A stretch of DNA of 64,000 nucleotides from an uncultured virus (IMG/VR IMGVR_UViG_3300033047_000037). Taxonomy: Duplodnaviria; Heunggongvirae; Uroviricota; Caudoviricetes. The notes beneath the pieces were generated by a model. It did no database searches, was not told the DNA's origin, and was given only the letters and a program-made list of their open reading frames with translations. Positions 20,503 to 29,610 of the stretch are shown here, piece after piece (the first letter of the stretch is position 1; each line of letters opens with the position of its first letter). The DNA is taken from the IMG/VR virus record IMGVR_UViG_3300033047_000037; one strand, written 5' to 3'. A program made the translations under genes and the position numbers.

Positions 20503-20895
20503 ATGAGTCTTCATTCATACAAAATATTGGGATTCCTCAATCCAGACTCGTTCACAACTGCGTCAGAACAATGCCAACGATTCGTTAGGCGTCAAAACAA
20601 GGTAGAGGTCAGAGGATGGGACGGCGCAGGCGAGCCAGTCTTCTCAGACACTCTCATCAGCTTGAATGGCGCTCTAGATGAATCTCATCAGACGTTCCAG
20701 ATTAGACTTGACGGAGAAGGCACTACGTCCTGCAACACGGACTATAAGACGTATGACCTGATAGTCAGAGCATGTCTTCTTATCCTCAAATCGAATTTGG
20801 GTGACGATATTGAAATCGAGATCAACGATGAATATCCTTCTGCAACGGAGCTAGCTCGTGCCCTTGTTGAGTCTTACATAGGAACTTCGGTCTGA
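20503..20895 (+). CDS. Hypothetical protein
   Basis: ORF track; packing. Confidence 0.7.
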   Translation: MSLHSYKILGFLNPDSFTTASEQCQRFVRRQNKVEVRGWDGAGEPVFSDTLISLNGALDESHQTFQIRLDGEGTTSCNTDYKTYDLIVRACLLILKSNLGDDIEIEINDEYPSATELARALVESYIGTSV

Positions 20896-20947
20896 GTGAA
20901 ATCTGCTTTGGTACAATGTTGACTACTATTTTCTTTAGGAGCAACAG

Positions 20948-21217
20948 ATGCCAGAACAAGATTTCACTCCCAAGCAGCCTGCCTTTCATATCGTAGAACC
21001 CAACCAAATGCACGGTAACAAGGTCACGATGACACTGAACCCTCTTATGGCTCGAAAACTCTGCGAAGGATTAGAAAGCATTGAGGGAATCGAGGGCGAT
21101 AAACACATGTATGCGCTCCTCAAGGGCATACGTCGCCACTACCACAAGATCAAAAAGCAGCGAGCGGAGCGTGGAGAAGAGATGCCCACGACGGTTGACG
21201 GCTCAGCAAACATGTGA
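20948..21217 (+). CDS. Hypothetical protein (possible paralog of 32363-32620)
   Basis: AGGAG RBS; P.F.I...NP.MA pattern shared. Confidence 0.65.
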   Translation: MPEQDFTPKQPAFHIVEPNQMHGNKVTMTLNPLMARKLCEGLESIEGIEGDKHMYALLKGIRRHYHKIKKQRAERGEEMPTTVDGSANM

Positions 21218-21269
21218 AAGAATAAAGGAATCCATGCGAAGAAGTCGAAAAAGATTGAACCGCAACAGC

Positions 21270-21343
21270 GGGCGATTAGCTCAGTTGGCTAGAGCGTCTG
21301 GTTTACATCCAGGATGTCGGGGGTTCGAGTCCCTCATCGCTCA
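21270..21343 (+). tRNA. tRNA-Val(TAC)
   Basis: Anticodon arm TCTGG-TTTACAT-CCAGG. Confidence 0.92.
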
Positions 21344-21385
21344 TTCCATTCACCGAACGGGAAAGTCCTTACACTGAATGGAGTT

Positions 21386-21459
21386 GGACCCTTAGCGCAG
21401 TTGGCTAGCGCGTCTCGTTGACATCGAGGAGGTCACTGGTTCGAGCCCAGTAGGGTCTA
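21386..21459 (+). tRNA. tRNA-Val(GAC)
   Basis: Anticodon arm TCTCG-TTGACAT-CGAGG. Confidence 0.92.
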
Positions 21460-21489
21460 CTTTTGGCAAGTGAATATCGAAACACCTTT

Positions 21490-21562
21490 GGGGCCGTAGC
21501 TCAGCGGTAAGAGCAGGGAACTCATAATTCCTTGGTCGTCAGTTCGAATCTGACCGGCCCTA
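21490..21562 (+). tRNA. tRNA with CAT anticodon, Ile2-like
   Basis: GGGAA-CTCATAA-TTCCT; body resembles bacterial tRNA-Ile2. Confidence 0.85.
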
Positions 21563-21591
21563 TTTCGTCTGCATAGGCAGGCACTTTAGTT

Positions 21592-21666
21592 GGTGATTGT
21601 AGCTCAGTTGGTTAGAGCATCGGGTTGTGATCCCGAAGGCCGCGGGTTCGAATCCCGTCATTCACC
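21592..21666 (+). tRNA. tRNA-His(GTG) with encoded G-1
   Basis: TCGGG-TTGTGAT-CCCGA; G-1:C73. Confidence 0.92.
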
Positions 21667-21711
21667 CTTCAGGTAAAACTGCAAAAAGAGTAAGTTTTTT
21701 CGTTCAAGCAG

Positions 21712-21740
21712 TTGCCTTTTGACTTGGTGGGGTCTATACT
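21712..21740 (+). promoter_or_regulatory. Sigma70-type promoter
   Basis: TTGCCT-N17-TATACT. Confidence 0.55.
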
Positions 21741-21925
21741 CCTCTCACAAGCCACGGGGCATTGAAAAGTAAAGAAGTAAGAAACACTCATGAGGGCAAC
21801 CTCATGTTTGGGGTCGAAAACCGAATGGTAAAAAACTTCGATTTAGTTTAGGAACAACCGTGAAAGCTAAAAGTTCCGAAGACGGATATGTCGAAGTTTG
21901 AAGAAGCAAAGCAAGTAAGCCCATC

Positions 21926-22062
21926 GGGACGGTAGCTCAGAGAAAGAGCGTCGTCCAACTTGGATTCGTCTTAGATGAACGCAAGTACCTGCAAGGGTAA
22001 CTACGGACACTTGAGCAATCCAAGTTGGATGAAGGTCGGAGGTTTAATTCCTCCCCGTCCCA
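21926..22062 (+). ncRNA. tRNA-like RNA with greatly enlarged anticodon arm
   Basis: Acceptor GGGACGG/CCGTCCC-A, D arm GCTC/GAGC, T arm GGAGG/CCTCC; 16-bp stem 21951-21966/22017-22032 encloses 50 nt. Confidence 0.8.
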
Positions 22063-22065
22063 TTT

Positions 22066-22140
22066 TGCGGGGTAGAGCAGTCTGGTCAGCTCATCTGGCT
22101 CATAACCAGAAAGTCGGCGGTTCAAATCCGCCCCCCGCTA
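22066..22140 (+). tRNA. tRNA-Met(CAT), initiator-like
   Basis: 1:72 mismatch, GCGGGG/CCCCGC acceptor, TCTGG-CTCATAA-CCAGA, T loop TTCAAAT. Confidence 0.88.
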
Positions 22141-22197
22141 TTGTAAAAGGTTTGAAATCATAGAAGGATTTTGAACCGAAAGATTGAAGTATGGTGT

Positions 22198-22557
22198 ATG
22201 CCATACACAGATCCAGATAAAAAGAAAGCGTATGCTAAACAGCACTACGAGAAAAATAAAGCCGAGTATAAAGCCCGAGCAAGGGAATTTACTAACAAGA
22301 ATCGTGAAGTCCTAAGAGATTGGCTTTGGGATTACTGGAAGAAAAATCCTTGCGTGGACTGCGGAGAAACTGATCCGATCGTACTTGAATTCGATCATCA
22401 GAGAGACAAAGAGTTCAATATCGCAACAATGACCAGTAAGAGTGTGTCGTTAACGAGATTGAAGAAAGAAGTGGCAAAATGCGATGTAAGATGCGCTAAC
22501 TGTCACTTGAGAAAAACCGCTGATCAATTCGGTTGGTGGACAAAACAAAGAGCGTAG
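22198..22557 (+). CDS. HNH-type endonuclease
   Basis: CVDCG...LEFDH...KC.VRCANCH. Confidence 0.85.
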   Translation: MPYTDPDKKKAYAKQHYEKNKAEYKARAREFTNKNREVLRDWLWDYWKKNPCVDCGETDPIVLEFDHQRDKEFNIATMTSKSVSLTRLKKEVAKCDVRCANCHLRKTADQFGWWTKQRA

Positions 22558-22584
22558 TCACAGGTTCAAATCCTGTCCCCGCTA
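22557..22584 (+). pseudogene. Orphan 3' fragment of tRNA-Met (T arm plus acceptor 3' strand)
   Basis: GTC-ACAGG-TTCAAAT-CCTGT-CCCCGC-TA, parallel to 22113-22140. Confidence 0.85.
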
Positions 22585-22617
22585 TTCACATGCGATGATG
22601 GCATCGCAATAAGAGAC

Positions 22618-23857
22618 AGTTCGAGTTTGGTAGTTTGTCCTCGATTAGAACATCGAAAAACTGCCCTCTGACTGGTCCCGGTTATCCAAGGGGATTGGAC
22701 ATGTTGTCAAGCCACGGTTTCTGATAAGCTTGCTGTTTCGTTCTCGCTCTATAAGCAGACCTCTCACGAAGTTTGTTCACAGGGTTAAAAAGATTCAATC
22801 ATGGATGGTTGAACAGAAGCGTAATGGCGGCTCACTCATCAGACTGAAAAGGACAACAGTCTCGGATACGTTGAGAAGCGTACTGAGGCTTTAGAGAAGC
22901 CAAGCTGCGAGGCCCATACTTCTTGACATACGCAGAGACCCGACCTCACCTGGTTGAAAGGGTCAAAGCTCTAAAATTCGACCTGACTGGATGGAGACAT
23001 CCCGAAAGGAAAGAATAAGACGGAAATGTATCTCTTGAGATGCAGTTTGGTTTGACGAGGAAGCGAAAGCAAAACTCGTTTAGAGCAGAAGGACTTGAAA
23101 CAGTCCCAAGCAGATGACCAGACCCACGCCCTATACAGCGATGTATAGAGAAATGGATGGTAACTTCTCAGTCAGTTCACGCTGTCTGAGTGGTTTAGAA
23201 TGGCCCAACTGCAAAGGGGAAGCCATTCGACATAAGCAGATTCCCAGCACTGGCTTGCCAGAAAGGGAAGAAGTATTGGATTGCAAATCTGCTCGTATGG
23301 GAACATGCGACTCAGAAATGCGAAAGCAGGTATATTAGGTCTTGACCTGATATCTCGGCTTCCGAGGAACCGAAAGGGAGACTCGGCTAATGCACACTGG
23401 CTTGAAACAGTCAGAGAGCATGTAGCCGTTGTCGGGCAATGAATGGTGACATTCACTGTAACGGACGACAATCATTTGGCCTGTTCACGCAGTCCAGATG
23501 GTTTTATCAAACGTTGAGTTGACCCGATGATAAGGGTGGTTCGGCGCTCTGGCTGCTCACGGCTAAACTAAAAGTGAGAGGGAGTTCATCCCTTCATTCG
23601 TAGGATGACTACACATGAGAGTGCTTGTAACTTCTCTGATAGATAGTCCGATCATGCAACGAAAGCAAAAATGAGCTAGAGAGGCTAAGGTGCAAAACCT
23701 TGGTCTACTCTTTATGTCCAGACCCCCGCAAGGGATAGCTGACGAGCGAACATAGGGAAACCTAAGGGCTGGGCACCCTAAAATCTGCGAGGGGTGGCGA
23801 GAACGTCCTACGCAAGTTTCTTTTTATAAAGCCCTCGAATAATCGGGGGCTTTTTCT
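22618..23857 (+). ncRNA. Large structured non-coding RNA (GOLLD/ROOL-like class; family not established)
   Basis: Promoter motif at 22585, terminator at 23828-23857, no credible ORF, many hairpins with GNRA loops, adjacent to tRNA cluster. Confidence 0.72.
23828..23857 (+). terminator. Intrinsic terminator
   Basis: AAAGCCCTCGA-ATAA-TCGGGGGCTTT then T-run. Confidence 0.8.
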
Positions 23858-23998
23858 ATGCGCTTATTTATTGTCTTTGTTTCAGGGTTTTGCTGTTGAC
23901 TCCCTGCTATTCACATGCAATACTTGACCTGCAACAACTATTGTTCAGTTCGTTTTCCTCATCAAACGTCCCACAGGGACAGAAGCTTGGAGCAACAC

Positions 23999-24625
23999 AT
24001 GGCCGCAAAGACCAAATCGAAATCCCCCGCTAAGAAGCCCGCTGCGAAAGCCAAGGCCAAGACCGTTCGTCGGAAGAGAGTTGTCTCTACCACTCGGTCG
24101 GCCCTCCGCCCTGTCGATGACTCAAACCGTTCGTTGAGCAACAAGAACGCAACCAAGGCCCAGCCCGTCCCCGGCGATGCTTCGTCCATTACCGCTCACG
24201 TTGAAGAATTCTTCGGCGTCACGGCCAAGAAGTTCGCTGCCAACGCTGGATATGGTCGCCAGCACATCAATTCCAACGGCGCGGTCCATCCCGATGCCGT
24301 CTTGACCAAGAGCAATATTGCTGTTGCCAAGCTAGCAGCCCAATGCCTTGAGGTACTCGCTCAACGAGGTTCTCTCGCTGGCCAAGCTGGCGCTGTGGAA
24401 GCTCTCGGCGACGGCGGATCTCCTGCTGATGCGAAGAAGCTCATCGCCGATATCAGTAAGTTCGCTAACGGTCGTGTCAAGGCGATTCAAGCTGACACGA
24501 GCAAGGCCATTCTCGACGATGTTGCTGCTGACCTCGGCATTGATGCTACGGATCTCATTCCTGCTCAGAAGAGCAAGTCCGCCAAGCCTGCTGCCAAAGC
24601 TACCGCTACCGCCAAGGCCAGCTAA
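23999..24625 (+). CDS. Lys/Ala-rich protein with histone H1-like tails
   Basis: AAKTKSKSPAKKPAAKAKAK N-terminus, similar C-terminus; GGAG RBS. Confidence 0.75.
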   Translation: MAAKTKSKSPAKKPAAKAKAKTVRRKRVVSTTRSALRPVDDSNRSLSNKNATKAQPVPGDASSITAHVEEFFGVTAKKFAANAGYGRQHINSNGAVHPDAVLTKSNIAVAKLAAQCLEVLAQRGSLAGQAGAVEALGDGGSPADAKKLIADISKFANGRVKAIQADTSKAILDDVAADLGIDATDLIPAQKSKSAKPAAKATATAKAS

Positions 24626-24650
24626 GTCAGGCACTCAATAATCAACGCGA

Positions 24651-24680
24651 GCGCCGTCCTCTTCGGAGGCGGCGTTTTTT
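24651..24680 (+). terminator. Intrinsic terminator
   Basis: GCGCCGTC...GGCGGCGT then T-run. Confidence 0.75.
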
Positions 24681-24717
24681 ATTGATTCACATGCAGTCAA
24701 CTGGCCGATATGCTAGT

Positions 24718-25029
24718 ATGAACGCAGACGACATTCGTAGATCGTGCGACACGGCCTGGCCAATAGAAGCCCGCTTCGTCGCAGAACAAGCAGCCACAGA
24801 GTTAGAGACAATGGTCTCCAAGCTCTCCATCCAAACATCCAGTCTTGAGGCTTTCTTTAGGCTTCCGTGGTGGTCACGTTTTTTCCATCGGGGGGATCTG
24901 AAGATAATCCTCGAAGGAACACGAGCCATCCTTACAGAATATCAAAGCCATGAAGAAGTACAAGAAGCCCAACAAGATGAAGGTGATCAGGAAGATCGCC
25001 AGAGAGAAACGACTCCAGCAGGAGTCTGA
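24718..25029 (+). CDS. Hypothetical protein (leaderless)
   Basis: ATG 32 nt after motif start. Confidence 0.65.
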   Translation: MNADDIRRSCDTAWPIEARFVAEQAATELETMVSKLSIQTSSLEAFFRLPWWSRFFHRGDLKIILEGTRAILTEYQSHEEVQEAQQDEGDQEDRQRETTPAGV

Positions 25030-25106
25030 AGTGGGCAGGGTGCGCTCAAAGTCTTGGGGTGGCAAAGACTCTCCACAAAAAGCGCGGAAGAAGTGGAAAT
25101 CAACCG

Positions 25107-25550
25107 ATGCAGAACAGTGAACCACATAGTGATCGCATTATCTGGCTGAAGAACGAGGCTAATGACGAGACCGACGCAAGCCAACTCCTTGACCTTGCTG
25201 CCAGCCGGATCCTGACACTCCTGGAGGCGATGGAGCTTCTGTCTTGGTCTGAAGAGGTGGAGAAAAGTTCATGGACCCTGCCACACTTACCGAGCCATCG
25301 AGCTACTTCTGAGTACAGAGAGACAGAGGCGATTCGCTTCGGGCACTCTTATTTATACCGTACAGAGTTTGGACATATGAACGTGTGGGCGTTTGCAACC
25401 GTCATACCACCCAATAATAACTTGGTGCAGATCAGCCGAGATACCGAATTCCTACCGCTGGTTGGTCTTTGTTTGCAATCTCTTTTGCAGTATTTCACCG
25501 AAAAAGTCTTGCAGGTTGACAGGGTATCAGCTATTGTCAAAAAGTCTTAA
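25107..25550 (+). CDS. Hypothetical protein
   Basis: ORF track; start uncertain. Confidence 0.6.
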   Translation: MQNSEPHSDRIIWLKNEANDETDASQLLDLAASRILTLLEAMELLSWSEEVEKSSWTLPHLPSHRATSEYRETEAIRFGHSYLYRTEFGHMNVWAFATVIPPNNNLVQISRDTEFLPLVGLCLQSLLQYFTEKVLQVDRVSAIVKKS

Positions 25551-25731
25551 CGGTATACCGTTGAGAAAAAGGAACCCCATGTCATCCCTAAAAGGTAGCG
25601 TTGGTTTTTCATATACCTTACACTGAATCAGGTGAACTCTCTTTGGGTACAATATCGTTTCACATGCGATAAGCATGAGCCATCATTGAGCATCGGAACA
25701 TCTTTTTCTTGAACCCCATTTGGAGACTCAC

Positions 25732-26277
25732 ATGAGTGACGCAGACAAAAACGCAGCCGCCGCAACCGCATCCCCAGCCGAAGCAACCGTCGAAATCCCT
25801 TTACTGGATTCCGTCCAGGCTATTCAGACTTTGATTACTGAAATCGAGCAGTCTGAGCCTTCTGATCTCAACCCATCAAGTCGAGGCTACACCATCAAGT
25901 ACGGTTTCCGGGCCATTACTCCACTTCGCAATCTTCCCATCCAAACCCTCATCGGTATGGCTGGCTGCATCAATGATGCCATTGCCAGCGGCGTTGCTGT
26001 CAACGAAGAGGGCGCAGAAGATGGGTTGAACCTCGTCATCAAGCACGCTCAGAACGCTGTCACAGTTCAGCGCAACGAATCGCAGTTCATGAAGTTCCTC
26101 GCAATGGCATGCCAGCTTGGCTACGGCGAAGACAACGGCGTACCCAACGGTTCCGACCTCGGTTCCTTTGACCTCCCCGCTCGTGACGTTTGCGAAACCA
26201 TCGTGGACTCCTTCATGAAGTCGCAGACGAAGGTCAAGCAGAATTCCTGGGGCGAATGGGTCAAGGCAAACGCCTAA
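25732..26277 (+). CDS. Hypothetical protein
   Basis: GGAG RBS; promoter motif at 25659. Confidence 0.8.
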   Translation: MSDADKNAAAATASPAEATVEIPLLDSVQAIQTLITEIEQSEPSDLNPSSRGYTIKYGFRAITPLRNLPIQTLIGMAGCINDAIASGVAVNEEGAEDGLNLVIKHAQNAVTVQRNESQFMKFLAMACQLGYGEDNGVPNGSDLGSFDLPARDVCETIVDSFMKSQTKVKQNSWGEWVKANA

Positions 26278-26396
26278 GACTCTTCCTGTAGAAAATCTTG
26301 CTCTCTCCTCCTCAGAGACCGCGCTTGTTATGGCGGTCTTTGTTTATGCGCAGGCACTCTCTATTCACATGCTCTTCTTCGAGCGCGGAAATAGAT

Positions 26397-26738
26397 ATGA
26401 CTACAAGCAATAAGCCCGTAGAACACGAAATGAGCGATAATCTTCAAGTAATTGCTCGCGTCGTTCATAAGGAGGGCTTCGTTGACTGCGCCCTAGATAT
26501 ACAAGCAGCCATCCGAGAACTCGACGCCTATGCAACACTACTCAAGAATAATCAGGAATCAATACCTGTAAAAGAGTTAGCTGATATTGTTTACAAAATT
26601 GTTTGCGATTGGGCGACAAAGGAATTCGTTGGTAAAGACCTGCGAGAGAGCGGTCCTTGGGCTACTCCAGCTTACGTTCATACAAGCATACTATCAGCGA
26701 TGACAGAACACATTTCAGGTAAGGAACAAAAATCATGA
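26397..26738 (+). CDS. Hypothetical protein (leaderless)
   Basis: ATG at +33. Confidence 0.7.
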   Translation: MTTSNKPVEHEMSDNLQVIARVVHKEGFVDCALDIQAAIRELDAYATLLKNNQESIPVKELADIVYKIVCDWATKEFVGKDLRESGPWATPAYVHTSILSAMTEHISGKEQKS

Positions 26739-27121
26739 ACCAAGTAGACTTTATTCAAGTTGTCCGTGAACTTCTAGAGACAGAAGACAATGAAGGTTGT
26801 TCAGATGATCTGACGGTTGTCAGCGCCGAACCCATCGCCAAGCTGCGAGAGCTACTCAAAGATTACGACAGATATGCCAAGCGAGACGACAAGGGCCTCT
26901 ATGAGGATCATCGTCAAGAGACTACAGGCTTGAGGCCCGGCAAATTCTTCGTCATCGGCTGGTCATGTCGATTCGAGACACGAATCAGTATTGATGACGG
27001 CATTGCGGACAGCAAGCAATTCGTTCGTGACATGGCCCACGAGATTGATGTTCCCGAAGGAACAGCACGCTATGTAGATGACACTTTTGACATCGAATAC
27101 ATCAACCCGGAGGAAAAATAA
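26735..27121 (+). CDS. Hypothetical protein
   Basis: AAGGA RBS; ATGA overlap. Confidence 0.7.
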   Translation: MNQVDFIQVVRELLETEDNEGCSDDLTVVSAEPIAKLRELLKDYDRYAKRDDKGLYEDHRQETTGLRPGKFFVIGWSCRFETRISIDDGIADSKQFVRDMAHEIDVPEGTARYVDDTFDIEYINPEEK

Positions 27122-27582
27122 TGAGCGACGAAAAAGAAACCCCACGAGAAACCATTGACCTCAGTTGTACATTCTCTTTAGCTCCCAAGGACGCGCTGTG
27201 TTTACGCACGCATCTTGGAGATGCGAAAGGGAAGGATGAACACGAGGGCCGAGACTTTATGATCTCCATGAGCGGCGGCGCTATCGTTATTGAAGAACCT
27301 GGCAATCGGTACGTCACTATTTCTCTTGCCGATATACTAAAGCAAGGCGTTCAGGCCATCGACTGCCTCTCCACCGTGGAGCGTCTCTTTGAAGATCATG
27401 GAGACAAACTCAAGGGGCAAGAAGCGGATATGGATGAACTAATCCACGACCATACAAACCAAGAAGGATCAAATGTCAACAACGATGGCATTAGGGCTCA
27501 GATTACTTTTCTCGCGGAACAGGTTGGCGCTGTCGAAGCTGAAAGACTTGTTCGAGAGACGTTCGAGTTGGAGGTAGTATGA
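27121..27582 (+). CDS. Hypothetical protein
   Basis: GGAGG RBS. Confidence 0.75.
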   Translation: MSDEKETPRETIDLSCTFSLAPKDALCLRTHLGDAKGKDEHEGRDFMISMSGGAIVIEEPGNRYVTISLADILKQGVQAIDCLSTVERLFEDHGDKLKGQEADMDELIHDHTNQEGSNVNNDGIRAQITFLAEQVGAVEAERLVRETFELEVV

Positions 27583-27758
27583 TACAAAGAGTTGCACCGT
27601 ATATCATTGGAATTCTCGGTTTTCTAATGATGTCTTCTTTAGCCCTAACTCTCTCAGGCAAATTGGAATCAAAGTATTTCATATTGGCTGGATCAGTATG
27701 GTTACTGTCATTGGTGGTGGTTTTCATTATCTTTGGACGCAAGACAGCAGGCACTTGA
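27579..27758 (+). CDS. Small two-TM membrane protein (59 aa, absent from track)
   Basis: GGAGG RBS; manual translation MIQRVAPYIIGILGFL... Confidence 0.65.
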   Translation: MIQRVAPYIIGILGFLMMSSLALTLSGKLESKYFILAGSVWLLSLVVVFIIFGRKTAGT

Positions 27759-27791
27759 TTCACATGCAGTATTGTGGCGGCATCAAGAGAT

Positions 27792-28046
27792 ATGAACAAG
27801 AAAACAGAACGTTGGAACCTGCAAATAATTTACAACGGTGGCCTCGACTCCGACCTCGATGAACGAGTTGACAAGGCCGTAGGCTTCGCTGGTAGCAGCG
27901 GCTACGACTTGGGCTCAGGAGAACGTGACCTCAATTATTCCTTTGTTGAGAAGTCAAATGCAAAAGCTGCGCAAGTTCGCGTTCGCAAGATGAATGAGAC
28001 TACCAAGCTCGACATCTCCGAAATCCGTGATATGAGCGATTGGTAA
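27792..28046 (+). CDS. Hypothetical protein (leaderless)
   Basis: ATG at +33. Confidence 0.7.
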   Translation: MNKKTERWNLQIIYNGGLDSDLDERVDKAVGFAGSSGYDLGSGERDLNYSFVEKSNAKAAQVRVRKMNETTKLDISEIRDMSDW

Positions 28047-28047
28047 T

Positions 28048-28824
28048 ATGAAGACCGTCCTAAGCATTGATTGGGACTACTGGTTCCGTGACCACCCTGA
28101 ACAGGATTGGGGTCATCGTGAAACAGGTATCTTCATCAGCTTCATCTGGCCCATCCGTGCTGGAGAGATCCTGGGAAGAGGAATGAAGCTCGAAGACTTC
28201 GCCCTCGAAGGAGAAGGATGGAAGGACTTGCCGTCCTCCCTCGAAGACCAAGGCTGGACTTTTGATGAAGAGCTAGAGTTCCATCTAGCTGAATCTCACG
28301 GCTCCGCCTACCAAGCCATCAAGGATATGAACACAGATGACGGGCTTGTGGAACTCATCAACATTGATGCTCACCATGATGTCATGTACGAGCTAGACCC
28401 GGATACGGAGATCCAGTGCGACAATTGGATCATGGCGCTGGCTCGTGAGGGCCGGCTGAGCAGGGTCGTCCAAGTCTACCCCGAGTGGCGGAAAGAAGAT
28501 CCCGACGCTGACATGCTCCGTACAGATGTCCGTATGGAGCTTGAGGAGCTTGGGGTTGAGTATGTGGAGGTCTTTGGCTTCGAGGAGCTTGAGAGTTACC
28601 ACGTCCATATGGCCTTCTTCTGTCGCTCTGGAGCCTGGGTCCCACCCTGGCTGGATGAGGAATTCATGGAAGCAGCGCAATCTTGGCTTGGGATATCAGG
28701 CACAGCAAGCGTATGGAACTACGACTCTATAGAGGCGTTCCATAGAGAGTTCGATGAGGAACAAGCCAAAAAGCATGCAGAGGTAGTTTCACATGCCATA
28801 GCCTCGTTCGGTAAGAAGACATGA
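28048..28824 (+). CDS. Arginase/deacetylase-fold-like metallohydrolase (UPF0489-like)
   Basis: SIDWDYW, ESH, NIDAHHD, CDNW, RSGAWVP. Confidence 0.6.
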   Translation: MKTVLSIDWDYWFRDHPEQDWGHRETGIFISFIWPIRAGEILGRGMKLEDFALEGEGWKDLPSSLEDQGWTFDEELEFHLAESHGSAYQAIKDMNTDDGLVELINIDAHHDVMYELDPDTEIQCDNWIMALAREGRLSRVVQVYPEWRKEDPDADMLRTDVRMELEELGVEYVEVFGFEELESYHVHMAFFCRSGAWVPPWLDEEFMEAAQSWLGISGTASVWNYDSIEAFHREFDEEQAKKHAEVVSHAIASFGKKT

Positions 28825-29321
28825 GTACAAAAGAATCCATACACCGAACCGCAGATTTTACCGTTGAGCAGGCTGCCTACTGGAATTGGGCTCTTCAGCA
28901 CAAGGGTCGCATCGACGATCAGCCTGAAGTCATTGAGAAGGTGACTGTCAATTTTCATGACGAGAGTTATGAAGTGGACATCAAGCTCTGCAACTCGGAC
29001 GATCCCGACACGACTCCGTACATCGACTGCGTTCTGTTTATTGACGGCTGTGAGAATGACACTTGCGAGCCGAGTTACGAGACTATCCATGATGCGGAGT
29101 TCTTCTTCGCTGATGCGATGGGCGATGATCGGGCTTTCGAGATTTCCGTCCATGTCACAGACCTCGCCGACACGATCGCTGAGATCGAAGCGACCGTGGC
29201 GCAGCCTGAGACTGATGACTTCACTTGGTTGAGAGACACCATCCTGCCTAAGCTCGAACAGTTGGCATGGGCTCAAGGACAGACACCCACAAGTAAGCAG
29301 AAGCCAAGCCGAAGCCGATAA
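28821..29321 (+). CDS. Acidic hypothetical protein
   Basis: ATG at +33; ATGA overlap. Confidence 0.75.
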   Translation: MSTKESIHRTADFTVEQAAYWNWALQHKGRIDDQPEVIEKVTVNFHDESYEVDIKLCNSDDPDTTPYIDCVLFIDGCENDTCEPSYETIHDAEFFFADAMGDDRAFEISVHVTDLADTIAEIEATVAQPETDDFTWLRDTILPKLEQLAWAQGQTPTSKQKPSRSR

Positions 29322-29327
29322 CGGGGT

Positions 29328-29606
29328 ATGACCCTATCAGAAGAAATCCGCGCTCTAGGAGAAACGATCGAAGACCTCGACCTGTCAGACACTCATGACA
29401 AGGTTGACCTCTTAGAAAAGATCGGTGCATCTCCAATGGAGCTACTAATGACGTTCATAGTGGCTTTGGAAAGCTATCGAGCCCAGAAACCTACTGAATA
29501 CGACCTCTTACGCCCCCAAATAGGAGAGTTTTCCTCGCATCTTGAGGGTAGACAGCAATTCGTGTGGAAAAAGATATTCACATGCCATAAACCGTCTAAC
29601 GGCTAG
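29328..29606 (+). CDS. Hypothetical protein
   Basis: ORF track. Confidence 0.65.
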   Translation: MTLSEEIRALGETIEDLDLSDTHDKVDLLEKIGASPMELLMTFIVALESYRAQKPTEYDLLRPQIGEFSSHLEGRQQFVWKKIFTCHKPSNG

Positions 29607-29610
29607 TAGT

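Noticed and set aside
21951..22032. Canonical intron-containing tRNA
   Set aside because: Removing an insert at 37/38 leaves no U33, and the stem is uninterrupted with no bulge-helix-bulge.
22618..23857. Group I/II intron, RNase P, tmRNA, or the short ORFs 23114-23338 and 23172-23471
   Set aside because: No interrupted host gene and no recognisable domain V or RNase P core by eye; the ORFs lack a clear RBS and run through hairpins. A covariance search is still needed.
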